From: Rhizodiscina lignyota
Taxonomy: Eukaryota
Assembly: GCA_010015805.1 (NCBI GenBank)
Contig: ML978129.1
Coordinates: 806,001 to 870,000, forward strand
DNA: 64,000 bases
Reading direction: 5' to 3'
The position numbers were made by a program, and so were the translations under genes. This document shows, one piece after another, positions 1 to 13,519 of the stretch. The notes under the pieces are model-generated. The model was given only the letters and a program-made list of their open reading frames with translations. It did no database searches and was not told the origin of the DNA. Within the stretch, counting starts at the first letter, position 1. The number at the start of each line of letters is the position of its first letter.

Positions 1-1680
1 CTCAGAACTGACCAATGCACTGAATGGAACTGGCCTTGAGTCGCCAGTGCCAGCTTTCGGGAAATATGGGGATTCTAGTGATTTTGATATTTCCTCAACC
101 GGAATCGTCTTTGTTGCGAAAGATCCGAAACTTCAACCAGCAACCAACACCAAGTCAAACGTCTATCTGATGACCCTTCACGGGTTTGACGGAACACAAA
201 GTTTGCCCAAGCCATACAAGGTCTCAGTCAACGGCTATGAAGGGGCCAGCTCATCGCCAGTGTTCTCTGGAGATGGCGGCAAGGTAGCCTTCCTGCAGAT
301 GACACAGAATGGCTACGAATCCGATCGAAGGGAGATCTTCACCATCCCGGATGTACGTCGACCGGCTTTTATCAATCACCTTATTGGCTTTCCGGAGCTG
401 AAGATGATATGGGACGTCAACCCGGCAAGTCTGTCGTGGAGCTTGGATGGGAAGAAATTGTTCGTCCTTGGAGAACAGAAGGGAATTAATTGTCTCTGGA
501 CAATGTCCGCGGATTACCTACATCTCAGCTCCGTACCAGCGAAGATCTTCGATGTGGACGGTGTACTCGGTATGTACTGTGAGCCTCGGGACTATGGAAT
601 TTAAATCAGCCTGAGTAGTAAGTCATCAGGTTTATATAGAGGCTAATCAGGTTCTCAGGATTTCAACAACTGGATTCTGGTGAAGTTTTCGTTTCCGGGA
701 GCAACTTCGTCGACAATTCAACCTATTATCGACTGGTTCCGAAAACGGCTTCATCATACTCTCATCACCTCATTTCCTCCAATGCAAGAGAGGGCTCCTT
801 GTTTGGTCTATCTCGCAGTCAAGTTGAGGAGATCTGGTTCGATGGTGCGGAGCAAGAAGTGCACGCGTGGGTTCTAAAACCGTCGACGTTCCGCAAAGGC
901 CAGAGATATCCACTTGCCTACTGCATCCATGGTGGACCTCAAGGAGCTTGGGGCGATGAATGGGGTACACGCTGGAATGCTGCCGTCTTTGCTGAGCAGG
1001 GTTATGTCGTCGTCATGCCCAATCCAACCGGCAGTACAGGATACGGCCAGCGTTTCTGTGACGCCATTCAGAATCAGTGGGGCGGGTTGCCGTACGAAGA
1101 TCTCGTCAAAGGATTCGAGTATATCGAGCAGAATCTGGACTATGTCGACACATCCAGATCGGTGGCTCTCGGCGCTTCCTACGGTGGCTACATGATAAAC
1201 TGGATCCAAGGCCAGCCACTCGGTCGCAAGTTCAAGGCGCTTGTTTGCCACGACGGCGTCTTCAGTATGGCAGGGCAGATGGCATCGGAAGAACTGTACT
1301 TCCCCGAACACGAGTTCGGTGGCAAATTCTGGGACAATCCAAAGGGCTGGCTCAAGTGGGATCCTTCAAGGTATACGCGCAACTGGGACACTCCGCAGTT
1401 GGTCATCCACAGCGCGAACGACTATCGTTTGACGATATCGGAGGGACTTGCGGCGTTCAATGTCTTGCAGGATCGGGGGATTGAGAGCCGGTTTTTAACG
1501 TTTTCGAACGAAGATCACTGGGTTATCCAGCCGGAGAGTTCCTTGCTGTGGCATACCGTCGTTCTTGATTTCATCAACAAGCACGTTGGATTACCCCTCT
1601 ACAGCGAGCAGAGCAAGCGAGCTAAGCGGACATTGGAGGAGGCACAAATCTTAGACCCTTCTGTGTCCCAAGAAGAGTAG
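1..1680 (+). CDS. dpp5: Dipeptidyl peptidase V / S9 prolyl oligopeptidase family, 5'-truncated by the window edge
   Basis: ORFs 47-604 and 799-1680 join through an intron at 570-658 (GTATGT..GCTAAT..CAG). Motifs IHGGPQG, nucleophile GASYGG, D in NDYRL, H in NEDHW. Confidence 0.9.
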
Positions 1681-3714
1681 GATCTTTCCTTGGTTATGTT
1701 TCGCATTGAGCTCTCTTCCGTCTCTAGCAAGCAGGAATTAATCACGGAGTCTTCGGCAGCCGACAAAAAGCACAATCTCCATTGTTGTATTAGTCTTTCG
1801 GTATTCTGTATATATGAGGTAGTCCAATTCCAGTACGAAGAACATCGTTTCTGGCGAACGAAAATCTACAGGGCCACGATAATGCAGTTACCTTCAGCAC
1901 TTCTAAGAAGCTTCAGTGCATCGGTAAGTAGCTTGTCAAGCCCCGCGTTAGAAGGTTTGCTTCTCATTATCGCGGAAAAGAGACGCCGTTGCAGATCTCA
2001 TACGCTCACAAGAAACTAGCTCTTTCCTACTTCTAATCCTTGATTTTGTTTGATCCGTGGCTCTTCCCAACATGCTCCATAACTTCATCGGGAAGACGGA
2101 GAACCGACAACACCGTGCACCGATCCATCATCGAATCATCTGCAGCATCTTTTTGAGTTTGATGTTTTCGGTTCATGTATGATGGATCCAGGCCACGAAG
2201 AGGCTTCATCTTCTCATTGCTTCCATAGCAAAGGTGTCGCGATATTCACGCAGCAAACGCTCCGTAGTGACCTCAGCTTACCAATGCTAAGTGCATTTTT
2301 ATAGGTGCAAGGAATTGCTCGGCTCGGCGCGCTCGTCAGCATTTCCCCATTTCCAGCGATTTCGCTCGCCATTCTTTCCAATTTCTGACGTGCGTCCAAT
2401 CTTTGAAATCTGCAGTCTGCATGTCTCTGAACAAGCGATGAAGGCTGATAGGTACGATGGTACGTCCGACTTGGAACAAAGCAAAGTCCATTCCTTCTGC
2501 ACGACTGACGTGTGGCGGCTCGATGTCTTATGCAACGGTCGCTCTTTGTGCAGCGGAGCCTTCTGCTGCAGCTCGCTAAATCACGTTTTCAGCCAATGTG
2601 TGCGACAAACGGACACACCATCTGAGAGGCTGAATAACGCTTCCACGTTGCCTATTGCTCGACTCAAGCGAACCCCCACAGTACCAGACCCTAGGCAACG
2701 GGTCGAGCTCAGCCTTACCTTGTCACATTGAGCTGGCCGGATCTGCCTATTGGATGTCTCACACGAAATGCAACGTCCTCGCGGCCGCTGGGTCCCGCCT
2801 CTCGTCGATCCGACAGCTGAAGCGAAGGCGTGCAGACCGCCCTCTAGCCTTTTCTCGCAGTCGCTGGTGGCTAAAATCAATCACATATGTACCGTGTACT
2901 TCGTCCTTCGACTTTGGACCCCAAGACTCTTGGAAGCTCCCGTTCTCAAATTGATTCCGCATTCTGACTACATAGCAGCGACTAACTACTACCGAAGGGC
3001 CGTCTGACATGAAGCCTGCAACTAGCAACAAAGGACACCCTTTCTGGAAACAAGCTCGATATCAAGCATATCTTACCACTTGCCGCGTTGGTGCCCTTAA
3101 AATACCCGTAACGAGCTCCATGGACATATCAACGTGCTTACGTGTGTGGTCCTAGCGCCCTTCCATGTATCCAGTACACAGTGGTGAAGAAAGGGACCCT
3201 TTCCCATGTCCATGTGATTTGCGAATCAGATTCGATCGCATTCCAAGAACACAGCCACGCGATTGGCCTGGGCCTGCTAAGTTCGAGGGATCAGTGGTGA
3301 CTCGACCTGCTTTCTCACAGCGTCAGTTTCACAGGGTGTCAGCAGCCGTAATTGGTTTTTCTCTGAAGGCAGCCAGTGAACCCCGTCGAGCATTTGTATG
3401 CGCATGTCTACAGCTAGCTGATGGAGCTCTGGTCCAGCCCCTCATTGAACAGCAAGCTTTAAAGGCCAGGTCACGCTCGTCCCGTGAACGCCTAAACACG
3501 GAAATCCTCTCTTCAGTGTCGGTGTGTCGGCGGCCCGTGGGTGCGATTTGGAAACAGCACACTTTCCATATCTGTGCTATATCACCACTTTCGCTGTCGC
3601 TCGCCGTTGTCGCTGCTGTCGTAGGTGTTGAGCGTGTGACTTCTTCTTTTTGTTTGTTCTCGATCCGCGACGCATCTTCCTCTTTTCGAAATCTCAACGC
3701 GCATCGGTGACAGG

Positions 3715-5814
3715 ATGTCAGCCCCAGCAACTCTCACCAGGAAGGGTTCCAACCCAATGCGGCGTGCCATCAACATGCCGCAAAATTTCCTGAATTTCCT
3801 CGCGTCTCTAGTATCCTCGTCGCCCACTTCGCCAGTGGATCAGAAGCTCGCCAAAATAAACACCGAGCTGGAAAAGCCGAATTACCAGCGCACACCTGCG
3901 TTTCCGATCCATAAATTGCCCGGTGGCCTGCCAAAAGCAAACGTCCCTGAAGATGTCGATGTCAATGCTGTCGCACAAATTGCATTGGACTTAGTGAAGT
4001 CGATGAAGCCGGATGATCTGATCGAAGATGCTCTCTGGAGAGATCTTTGGGCCATGACTGGCACGTCGAGGACGTTCCACTCCAACAAATCAATATCCGC
4101 TGCCTGGACGGAAACCGCTCGTGAACATCAACCTCACGACTTCAAGGTCCCTCCTGGTGGCGCGATGGTAATGCGTCCCGGTCCTGGGGTCTCGTGGGTC
4201 CAGGTCAAATATGCCTATCGCACGTCGGGTCGTCCAATGTTCACTGGCAAAGGCATTATCCGTGTGGTGCCAGACAGTGAAGGGAAATGGAGGATATGGC
4301 TCCTCATCTCGATGCTCGATCAGATACCTGGATTCCCATCCCCAGACATCATGGCCGCTCGCGTACTTCCCGGCCACAACTCGCGTCCCTCCACTCCTCC
4401 CAGTGCTTCTCCTACAGGCTCCGGACCTCTCTTCACTTCACACTCCAGCGTTGAAGCCCCGCCCACGCCGACATCCATGAAATCCTTCAGTGATGTTGAT
4501 TATGACTGCGTCATTATCGGCGGCGGAATGTCCGGTCTTTGTTTGGCAGGCCATCTGCAAGCGCTGAAAGTCCGCTACGTCATCCTGGACAAAACAAGCA
4601 AGGTTGGAGGAAACTGGACCGAGCGCTACGACTCCGTCCAAATTCACACCAGTAGAGGGTACGGCCAGTTCCCGTTCGGTACGATCTGGGGTCCGGAGTA
4701 CCCATACCACCTGAAAACATCCCATCTTGCGGATGGCTACAATCGATACGTCAAGGAGAACGATATCAATATGATGCTGAGTACCACAGCAGAGAAGACG
4801 TGGTTCGATGAGATCAACAAGGTCTGGACGCTACAGCTTTCGACAGGCGGAAACGTGATCTACATGCGTTCGCGACATATTGTGATGGCGCTTGGAGCTG
4901 GTGGCCAGATCCCCAAAATGCCAAATTACCCAGGTAAAGACTCGTTCAAGGGTACTATCCTGCATTCCAAGGACTACAGGAGTGCGAAGGTCTGGGAAGG
5001 AAAGCGCGGCATCGTCATCGGCTCCGCGAACACTGCCCACGACATCACGAATGACATGCTTGAGGCTGGTTGTTCGTCCGTGACGATGATCCAGAGAGGT
5101 GCGACGCCCGTGCTGCCGGTGGAGTGCTGGAGCGGTATCTACGACAAAGTGTATAAAGATGATGTCCCTGTTTCAGTTAGCGATTCCATGATGATTCCGA
5201 TGCCGACGGTCCTGCAGAGGGCAATGAGTATGATGGCTATCACGAAGTATGCCAATGAGCACAAGGACTTCTATGATGGACTCGAGAAGCAGGGCTTCAA
5301 GGTGGACCGTTATATGGATCTCTACCACTGTTTATATGAGAGATTTGGCGGCCACTATATCGAAGTCGGTACCAGCAAGAAGATCATCGAGGGCAAGATA
5401 AAGGTGAAGAGCGACTCTTCCATCTCCAGCTTCACAGAAAATGGATTGTTATTCGCAGATGGGACGACGCTGGATGCAGATGTCATTGTCTTCGCTACTG
5501 GCTTCGAAGGTAATATGCGTGAGGCAGCTGAGGAGATCGTCGGAAAGGAGATTGGCGAGAAGCTGGACGACTGGTGGGGCGTCGACAAGGAGGGAGAGCT
5601 GAGAGGAGCATGGAGACCTATGGCTCGTAAGTCTTGAAACATCCCCATGAATGCGTCACACCTGGATTTCGTTAACAGTTAGTTTCCAGAGCCGAATATT
5701 TGGTTCACCGGTGGCAATCTGGGCCTTGCGAGGTTCTATGCGCGCTATCTTGCCATGCAGATCAAGGCTGATGTTGAGGGCATTCCGCTCAAGGTGTACA
5801 AAGGTGATCCATGA
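3715..5814 (+). CDS. Flavin-containing monooxygenase (type II FMO-like, with N-terminal extension)
   Basis: FAD motif IIGGGMSG, FMO motif FKGTILHSKDY, NADPH motif VIGSANTAHD, FATG. Terminal intron ~5628-5688, then exon PNIWFTGGNLGLARFYARYLAMQIKA...DP*. Confidence 0.9.
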
Positions 5815-7911
5815 TCCAATCCCTGGGTCTTGTCTATATCTGGGTCCGCAGAGTTTTTGGAGTTTGAATGGTCCTTCCGAAGAATCCAAGCTGAAATCCG
5901 CCTTCAATGGCGCGGGTGGTGTTCATCTTGTCGGGTGTTTTGGGATATCCGTGAGCGTGGGCGTACAAGCGAGTTGGACTTCCTGGGTTTCGAATGTCTA
6001 TAACGCTGGATATGAAAATGAATGAAAACGCATATGAGCTCCACGACTGTTCGAAGAATTGCTCTTCTAGAAAGCAATGAAAAAGCGAAGGTGAATGCTG
6101 ATTTGAGTGGAACGACAAATAGATGACTGCTGCTTGGCCGGAATTAGTGAGAGTTCAGATGAAAGAATATTGACTGAGATTCCCATAACACCAATGCCTT
6201 GGACGTCCCCAATGGATCCAGAACATTAGTTTAGGAGAAAGAGCGTGAGGGACAGAGGTTTGCCGTGCGACTGATTTTGCGGTTCTTGTGTACTCCGTAT
6301 ATATGCACGTCCACGGCTCCCCACACGTTCACCGCCGCTATTTCTCTCTTCCCTTGCGGTCGCCGACGATGGCAGTGCCAGCAACGTTGCACTGCAGTTC
6401 CAGGAACTTCAAGAGGAATAGTCACGTTCGGTCATTCTTACGCTTTGCACGACATCGAGGGAACTGTCATTGCGATGAGAGATTTGTCGCGATCCTGAAC
6501 TACATGCTTCATTGCTTCGGCTTGAAGAGACAAAGGACTAAGAGGAACCGGACGCAGCGAACCCTCAAGACAATCAATTCTTTCTTTACAAAAGACATCG
6601 AGGATATGCGATACTTCATATCATCTTCTTCGTTCAATAGAATCTTTCAATGTATCCATATGCTGACTGCGGAGCCGGCCGGACTAGATACAGATGTCGC
6701 ATTCTTCTGCGACCACCGACACAGGATCTTCGACCCTTTACGGAGTAGAACCAGGGTAAAGATGTATCTCTTAGTCATTTCTCCTCTTCTAAGCCTCTTC
6801 CCATATGATATGGTGTCGCGTTCATGATCCTTCTAAAGTATCGATTTCACCGTTCCTTCCATCGCGCAGTTGAACAGAACTTGAACTGGTGGCTGCGATT
6901 GTTCTCACATTCCCTTCGCATGGACCAGAGCAATCGCCTCCGTGGGGATGATATACCTGATAATACTTACTGTCGTGTCTGGCGCTGTAATACTTCGCCG
7001 GCTACAGTGCCACTCGACTCTGCAGATCCGACCGGAACTCTTCCACTCGAGGATGACGAGAACGTTGCCTACAACTTCGAAGCTAATGAATAGCGTTAAT
7101 GTATAGCCTCTTCGTATAACCGAACAGAGGCTCCCTGGGCAAGCGGCCTACGTAGGCATTCAACTCGCACAAGCTCAGCGTCCGTTTCATTGCTCTGAAC
7201 ATAACACAGCGATGGGTTTTGTGACTAAAGGTAGACTTTTTATTACTGTCAAAATATGGGAATTCTCGAGCGACACCAACTTTGCGGATTCAACCTCCTG
7301 TCGTACGTGGGGTTTTGTAGCAGATGATACGAGATCCCGTTGCTGTGACTAGCGGGTATGCAAATTGGGCTAATGCTTGTGAGCGATCATCTCAAAAGCA
7401 CTTCAATTCTTTCCAAGCAGATTATTAACAACTAAATAGGTACTGCGTGTTCTTCAAGAAAAAGTTCGATCGCAAATCCCCTGGACGCAACTACTCGGTC
7501 TCCGGATTTGCTCTCGTGTGCCCACCAACCGCGGAAATACCCTGGCTTTCCAGGCTATCATCGGCGTTGAACTCGTTGCTTCTTTCGTTATGGGCGAAGT
7601 ATACATCTACCCTAAATGGAGACGCTGGAAGGAACGGCCACTGCCACCTGCGTAACAGTCTGCCGACTGTACGAGAAAACTTCGATACTACTTGGACATC
7701 TTCGACGTCCGGTAGCGCTCCAGCTCCCAGACCACGCTTGCCAGAGCTATAGCCTCAGCGTCGTCTAACAGCTGCCGAGCATCGAGTCAACACATCGCAT
7801 ATTCGGCTGAGCTGGCTGGTTAACAAGGAGATCCATTCGGACACTTCAGCGAGCAGCCTGCAGATCATTTGCAGGGATCAAACTATAACGCCAGAGTAAC
7901 GAGTGTCGATT

Positions 7912-8249
7912 CTGGAGACGATGCGGGGATATGCATTTACATGAGTAGGATACAGCTGTACATGTGCGGGGAAATCCTCCGGCTAAAAGGCCTCAACCCC
8001 GAATGATAATGGCGAATTGAATATCCAGCTGCTGGTGAATACTGACTGGCGAAGCCCTGGAATACCGGGGCTTTACATACCGTACCAAGCTTTTGTTTAT
8101 GCAGCTAGCTCCCCAGTCGACCTCACGCCCTGTTAAAACGAAGCAAGCTGCAGCAATATCTCGAAAGCGAAAGTTGACTGACTCTTGCTTGCTCATGAGT
8201 GTCTATCAAAATGAACGCCCGGTTAATTCGAAATGGTTCTCCGGATAAT
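7912..8249 (+). promoter_or_regulatory. Candidate XlnR/AraR sites (CGGNTAAW x3) and CreA sites (SYGGRG) upstream of the sugar porter
   Basis: CGGCTAAA 7980-7987, CGGTTAAT 8220-8227, CGGATAAT 8242-8249. SYGGRG matches CTGGAG ~7912, GCGGGG ~7923 and ~7966, CCGGGG ~8065. Confidence 0.55.
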
Positions 8250-8344
8250 TTCGGCGGATTCAAAGATCCCTTGATATTTCTATATCACATCCACGCACGC
8301 GCAAAGGAGAGAAGAGCGTATCAGAACTACGCCATCCAGTCAAT

Positions 8345-10382
8345 ATGGCACCAAACGTCCTGAAGTCGAACCCGCCGGAACAGGTCCAGGTTGCTCAGGA
8401 AGAAGCGCCAAAGCTTCGCCATGTGACTTGGTACAAGGATCCGGGGTTGCGAAAGTTGTATGCATGCTGCATTGTGGTGTGCATGTCTTCTGCGACAACG
8501 GGCTATGATGGTGATTGAATACTATCTTCCTTGAGAATAGAGAAGCTGAGAAAACGCTTAGGTTCCATGTTGAATGGTCTGCAAATCCTTCCTGTCTGGC
8601 AGGACTACTTTCAGCACCCACACGGTTCCTTGCTGGGTCTCTTTGGTTCGATTTATAGTATTGGCAATCTCGCTGGCCTGCCATTTGCGTAAGGACTGCT
8701 GGCATATCTTCTCCTAGACACTGCTGAACTTCTCCGTAGACCGTATATTGCAGATCGTTACGGTCGAAAGCTGGCGATTGCCATCGGATGCTGTATTCTG
8801 TTTGTTGGCTGTGCTGTGCAGGGTGCTTCCCATAACTTCAAAAGTATATCATCTTCCTTTGTCATATATGACCTTGCTGACCTTCGTCCGACAGTGTTTA
8901 TCGCCGCTCGCTTCTTCGTCGGACTTGGTTGCAGTATCTCTCAGGGCGCTGCTCCCTTGCTTATCACGGAAATCTGCCATCCACAACATAGAGGTCGAGT
9001 GACAGCAGCGTACAATACCCTTTGGTACTTTGGCGCCATCATCGCTACGTGGACAACGTTTGGCACGTTCAAGATCAACAACAACTGGTGCTGGCGCATT
9101 CCTTCTATCCTCCAGGCCGCGCCGTCGCTTTTCCAGATCATCTTCCTGTACTTCGTTCCGGAGTCTCCCCGCTGGCTCCTCTCAAAGGACCGAGATCAGG
9201 ATGCTTTAAACATGCTAGCAAAATATCATGCCAGCGGAGACATGAATGACGCGACAGTTCAGTTCGAATTCCACGAGATTCGAGAGACTCTTCACTTAGA
9301 AAAGAGACATAAGAAACAGAGCTCCTACCTCGACTTCTTACGCACCAAAGGCAACCGACGTCGTCTCCTCACACTTCTCAGTTTAGGCCTGTTCTCACAG
9401 TGGAGCGGAAACGGTCTGACAGGATATTACTTCGCGATTGTGATGGATGGCATTGGAATAACGGACAAGGACACTCAGTTCATCCTCAGTGGCTGCCTCA
9501 ATATCAAGAGCGTGAGTATACGATACATCTGTACTGTACGGAGTATTTCCGAAGCCCACTGGCTAAAAACGATCCAGTTGATTGTAGCACTCCTGGTCGC
9601 TACACTCGTCGACAGAGTCGGTCGTCGTCCACTATTCATCACTGCGACTGCTGGTTCGTACCTCTCATTAAACGATCTATGTGGTAGAGCAGTCTGTTAA
9701 CAGTTCATCAAGGCATGTTCGTTATATTCGTTCTCTGGACAGCTTGTTCCGGACTCTACGATACCGAGGGAAATAAAGCTGCGGGGAAAGCCGTGGTCGC
9801 CTTCGTCTTCCTGTTCGGCGTGATGTACAACTTCGCATGGAACGGACTCATGATGGCATATGCTGTTGAGATATTGCCATACAAGATTCGTGCTAAAGGC
9901 ATAATGCTTCTGAATCTCTTCGTTCAAGCAGCCTTGGTCTTTAATCAGTACGTTTTACTCCTCTCGCACGCACTGGGAGCCGACCGCTTACTCTTACACA
10001 ACAGGTATATCAATCCGATTGGACTAGCCAGCTTGCTACCTCATTGGCGGTTTTACGCCATATATTGCGTACGTCGATCGCCCCAATCCCGTGGATGAGC
10101 ACGAAAGTTAACATTGAGCAGGGATGGCTAGTATTTGAGCTCATTTTCGTTTATTTCTTTTATCTCGAGACACGGTCAGTGAAAAAGCCCAGATCCTCGG
10201 AATGGCGTTTGCACTAACATGTACGAAGTGGACCGACGCTCGAGGAGATAGCCAAGATCTTTGATGGCGATGAGGCGGAGGTGGCGCATATTGATCAAGA
10301 CATGGTGGACGAGAAAATCGGGGCCGTGCACGTGGAAGAGCTTCCTGCAGATGAAGCTCAGGTTCACGTTAAGCAGGCCTGA
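8345..10382 (+). CDS. MFS sugar porter, lactose permease / cellodextrin transporter-like, about 8 introns
   Basis: Exons read GYD-GSMLNGLQ, DRYGRK, EICHPQHRG, PESPRWL, SQWSGN, DRVGRR, EILPYKIRAKG, ET-GPTLEEI. Introns start near 8511, 8689, 8843, 9512, 9653, 9948, 10068 and 10175. Confidence 0.9.
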
Positions 10383-10610
10383 GGCGCAGGTTTACATGGA
10401 ATGAAGCTTCGAGGATGATCGATGAACGATTCGATGCATATCCGATAGAGCTGAGCAACTTCCGCACTACAGGAGTTAGATTAGCGAGGCTAGAGTTCGT
10501 GAGCGGCGATAGATACCCGGGTTCTCCTCGATGTTGAGTACTATTAAGTGGTTTGGCCACAAGGAAATCATAGATCGTAGATCTGTTACAGCACCATATA
10601 TTCCTTTTCC

Positions 10611-12139
10611 TTATAGCTTAAACCACGGCCAAGTTTCGGGACATTCAAAGGCTTGGATCCCTGATAGTCTCCCAGCGGCGGCAATCTGCGTTCTAAACCA
10701 GGACCTCTGCCTCGCATCCAATGGTTCGAGGTTCGAAGCAATGGCCAGCGGGAATATTGCAAGACTCACTACATCTAATCGGACCTGCTCGTTGGTGTGG
10801 AGAGTAATCGATTCTGCAGGGATCCACGGAGTAGAGTTTCTAACGTCACATGCTTTGAACTGTCGAATCAAGAAAGGAACAGTAGCTGTTAGCCCGTCGG
10901 CCATAGCCTTTATGTTGTGCATTAGGACCGGTTCCTCCAGCTCGTTTGCGATGTCGAGATGAGCAGATTCGTTTATCCTTAGTCGGGTTGTGTTGAGCAG
11001 TAACCTTGCGGCAAAGTATTGGCACCAAATTCCTGCGTATACCGGATGCTCATATATATAAACCACTGGGGAATACAAATGAGCTCCAGAGAAGAGCTGG
11101 GAATCCGTGATCGTATGTCGCCGGTAGGACCACGCGTTGGGGAATTCAGCTACCCAACCTTGCAAGGCCTCATCAATGTCTCTTGCATCACCGTTCAATT
11201 TCTCTATTCTCAAAGCCAGTTCATCAGATGAGACATTCCCGCTGTGCTCCTTCCGAAGGGCCACGGATACCTCACGGCGGAGGTTGGCAAGCCGCACGAT
11301 GATTGAATCATACTCAAGTTCCAGGCCTCGCTCGCCGAAATCAGCGCCATCCATCATCCATTCCGGAACTCCGGTGGTTCTTAAAAGAGCAGACCTGATC
11401 AAGCCTCGCCTAGTGTGCTTGATGATCTCCGTTGCAGGTCGACAATAGCTCAGACGTTCTTTCCAGATCTTCAACACCGCCGTTGCACCTTCATGATGCC
11501 GAAAGCTTTGCGTGGGCCGGTGCATCATGATCTCGTACCGGCTCAGGAAGAAAATAACAAGTAGGCACGTCTCGACATTTGCCTCGGCCAAAGTGGGAAT
11601 GGTGTCCTGCAAAGTACGTAATAGTTGGTGATATTTCGTAGAGGCTTCCGCGGCTGCCGGTGGGTACCTCTGCGTTCGAGAAAAGGTGGCCAGCGCCATG
11701 GACGACAGCGCAAGCTCCACGATTGGATCCGTGGCATTGTAGAGAACGGGTGAAGCACAGCCTGGAAGTGGCTTCGAGACGTTTGGTACGTCTGTCCGCG
11801 CATGCACGTGGCAACTTAGGTAGTAGGCAACAGCTCGTGCTTGGAGGTCGAAATGCAAACTCCGAATTAACCTCGCTGCTGTGGAAGACGAACGGGGCCC
11901 CCTTGGGCGTTTAGCTTTACCGCTTGCATAGCCGTTTTCGCTATGAATTTGGAAGTGCGGTTTGGTATTGGCGCGCTGTTCGTAGCAGATCCGTCCGGAC
12001 TTCGTACATCTCTTGCATATCGGTTTTGATTCATCGCACTGCGCTTGGGTCAGCCATCGTCAAACAAACGTGGGAAACTGGCTACTTTGATTCGTCGCGC
12101 CTTGCAAGTCTGGCATCCAGCACTTCGTGGATATGTCAT
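10611..12139 (-). CDS. Zn2Cys6 transcription factor
   Basis: MTYPRSAGCQTCKARRIK | intron | CDESKPICKRCTKSGRIC, which runs in frame into ORF 10611-11858. Confidence 0.85.
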
Positions 12140-12709
12140 AGCTCTGCGTAGAGGATGTCGCGGAACGGGAAAGGTCTCGACGTTGTCGATTGCGGTCAAC
12201 GACTCTGAGCGGAAGGGTGGGAAGCTGCACAATCGTCCTCTAGCATGGCTGCTGGTTTTAACCTCTCGCGAGGATTTCTCCCAACGTGGACTAGTAGTAG
12301 CTTTAAACTAATTCGCCGAGGCACCCATAGTCTGTCTATTGGATCTTAACTCCGATCTCCGTTCAGCCCTTCAGAAGGGACGGAACGATGGCTCCAGTCA
12401 ACCTTCATGTTCCGACAGACTCGGTCTGATGATGCAGCCGATTCCATCCCAGATGCAAATGGCTCTGAAGAGTCAATGCGTTGAAACTCGAGGCGGTGGC
12501 ATCCGCGTACGTCTCGCGAGAGTTTCGCCCAAAGCGGAAAACAATCTTTCCCACCGAAATATGCACCGTTGTGGAATGTGAAGGTAGGAGTAGTATATAA
12601 ATTCAATATCTTTCTTTCTTGGGATTCAAATTCATCAGATTCAGCTCATATCACACTCTATATTTCTACAGTCACATCATTCAAGTGTTGATCCTCTCCC
12701 ATCGGCGCC

Positions 12710-13519
12710 ATGTCTCCAAAAGTCATCCTCATTACAGGTGAGAAGGTGACAACTGAGCCTATATCAATTTTTGCTAATGCAATTCACATAGGAGCCAACT
12801 CCGGCGTAGGCTTTGCAACGTCGAAAGTGGTAGCCGGCGCATCACCAGACTTCCATGTCATCATGTCCGGCCGCAATCTTGAGAAAGTCGAAGCCGCAAA
12901 GACCGAAATTGAGGCTGCGGGAGGCGTGAAAGGCCAGCTCTCGACGCTCCATCTTGACATTACCGATGATGCATCGATTGAGAGTGCAGTAACCTACATC
13001 GGCGAGCACTTCGGCCAGCTTGACGCTCTTGTCAACAATGCCGCGGTTGGAGGCATTACTCCGAATCATCGCGAACGGCTTCGGTACTGTATGGAGACGA
13101 ATGTCGTTTCTACGAGGACCCTCTCGCTGGCTATGCAACCACTGCTGCTCAAGTCCGACAATCCGTATTCTATCTACGTGAGCAGCGGCGTCGGCTCGTT
13201 GAAGATGGCTGCCGATGCGCCTGCGGGGGCCACGGGATACCTTGTCGTTGGAGATGCATACCGCTCGAGCAAGGCTGCCGTCAATATGATTATGATTCTC
13301 GAGCACAAAGATACTTACGACACGCAGTTGAAGGTATTCGCGGTGTGCCCTGGATTTGTGGTATCGAACCTCCGCGGGACGAGCGAGGAAGCCAGGACTG
13401 GTGGAGGCAAGGCTGGAGATCCGATGGTTTCTGGACAGACCATCCTGAGCATCGTCGAAGGGAAGCGGGATGCAGATGTCGGCAAGCTTGTTCACAAGGA
13501 TGGCGTGTATCCATGGTAA
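12710..13519 (+). CDS. Short-chain dehydrogenase/reductase
   Basis: VILITG | intron ~12738-12791 | ANSGVG; VNNAA; catalytic YRSSK; VCPGFV. Confidence 0.9.
   Translation: MSPKVILITGEKVTTEPISIFANAIHIGANSGVGFATSKVVAGASPDFHVIMSGRNLEKVEAAKTEIEAAGGVKGQLSTLHLDITDDASIESAVTYIGEHFGQLDALVNNAAVGGITPNHRERLRYCMETNVVSTRTLSLAMQPLLLKSDNPYSIYVSSGVGSLKMAADAPAGATGYLVVGDAYRSSKAAVNMIMILEHKDTYDTQLKVFAVCPGFVVSNLRGTSEEARTGGGKAGDPMVSGQTILSIVEGKRDADVGKLVHKDGVYPW

Noticed and set aside
6265..7093. ORFs 6288-6827 and 6824-7093 as a gene
   Set aside because: No recognisable domain or consistent splice model. It could be a decayed gene but cannot be supported.
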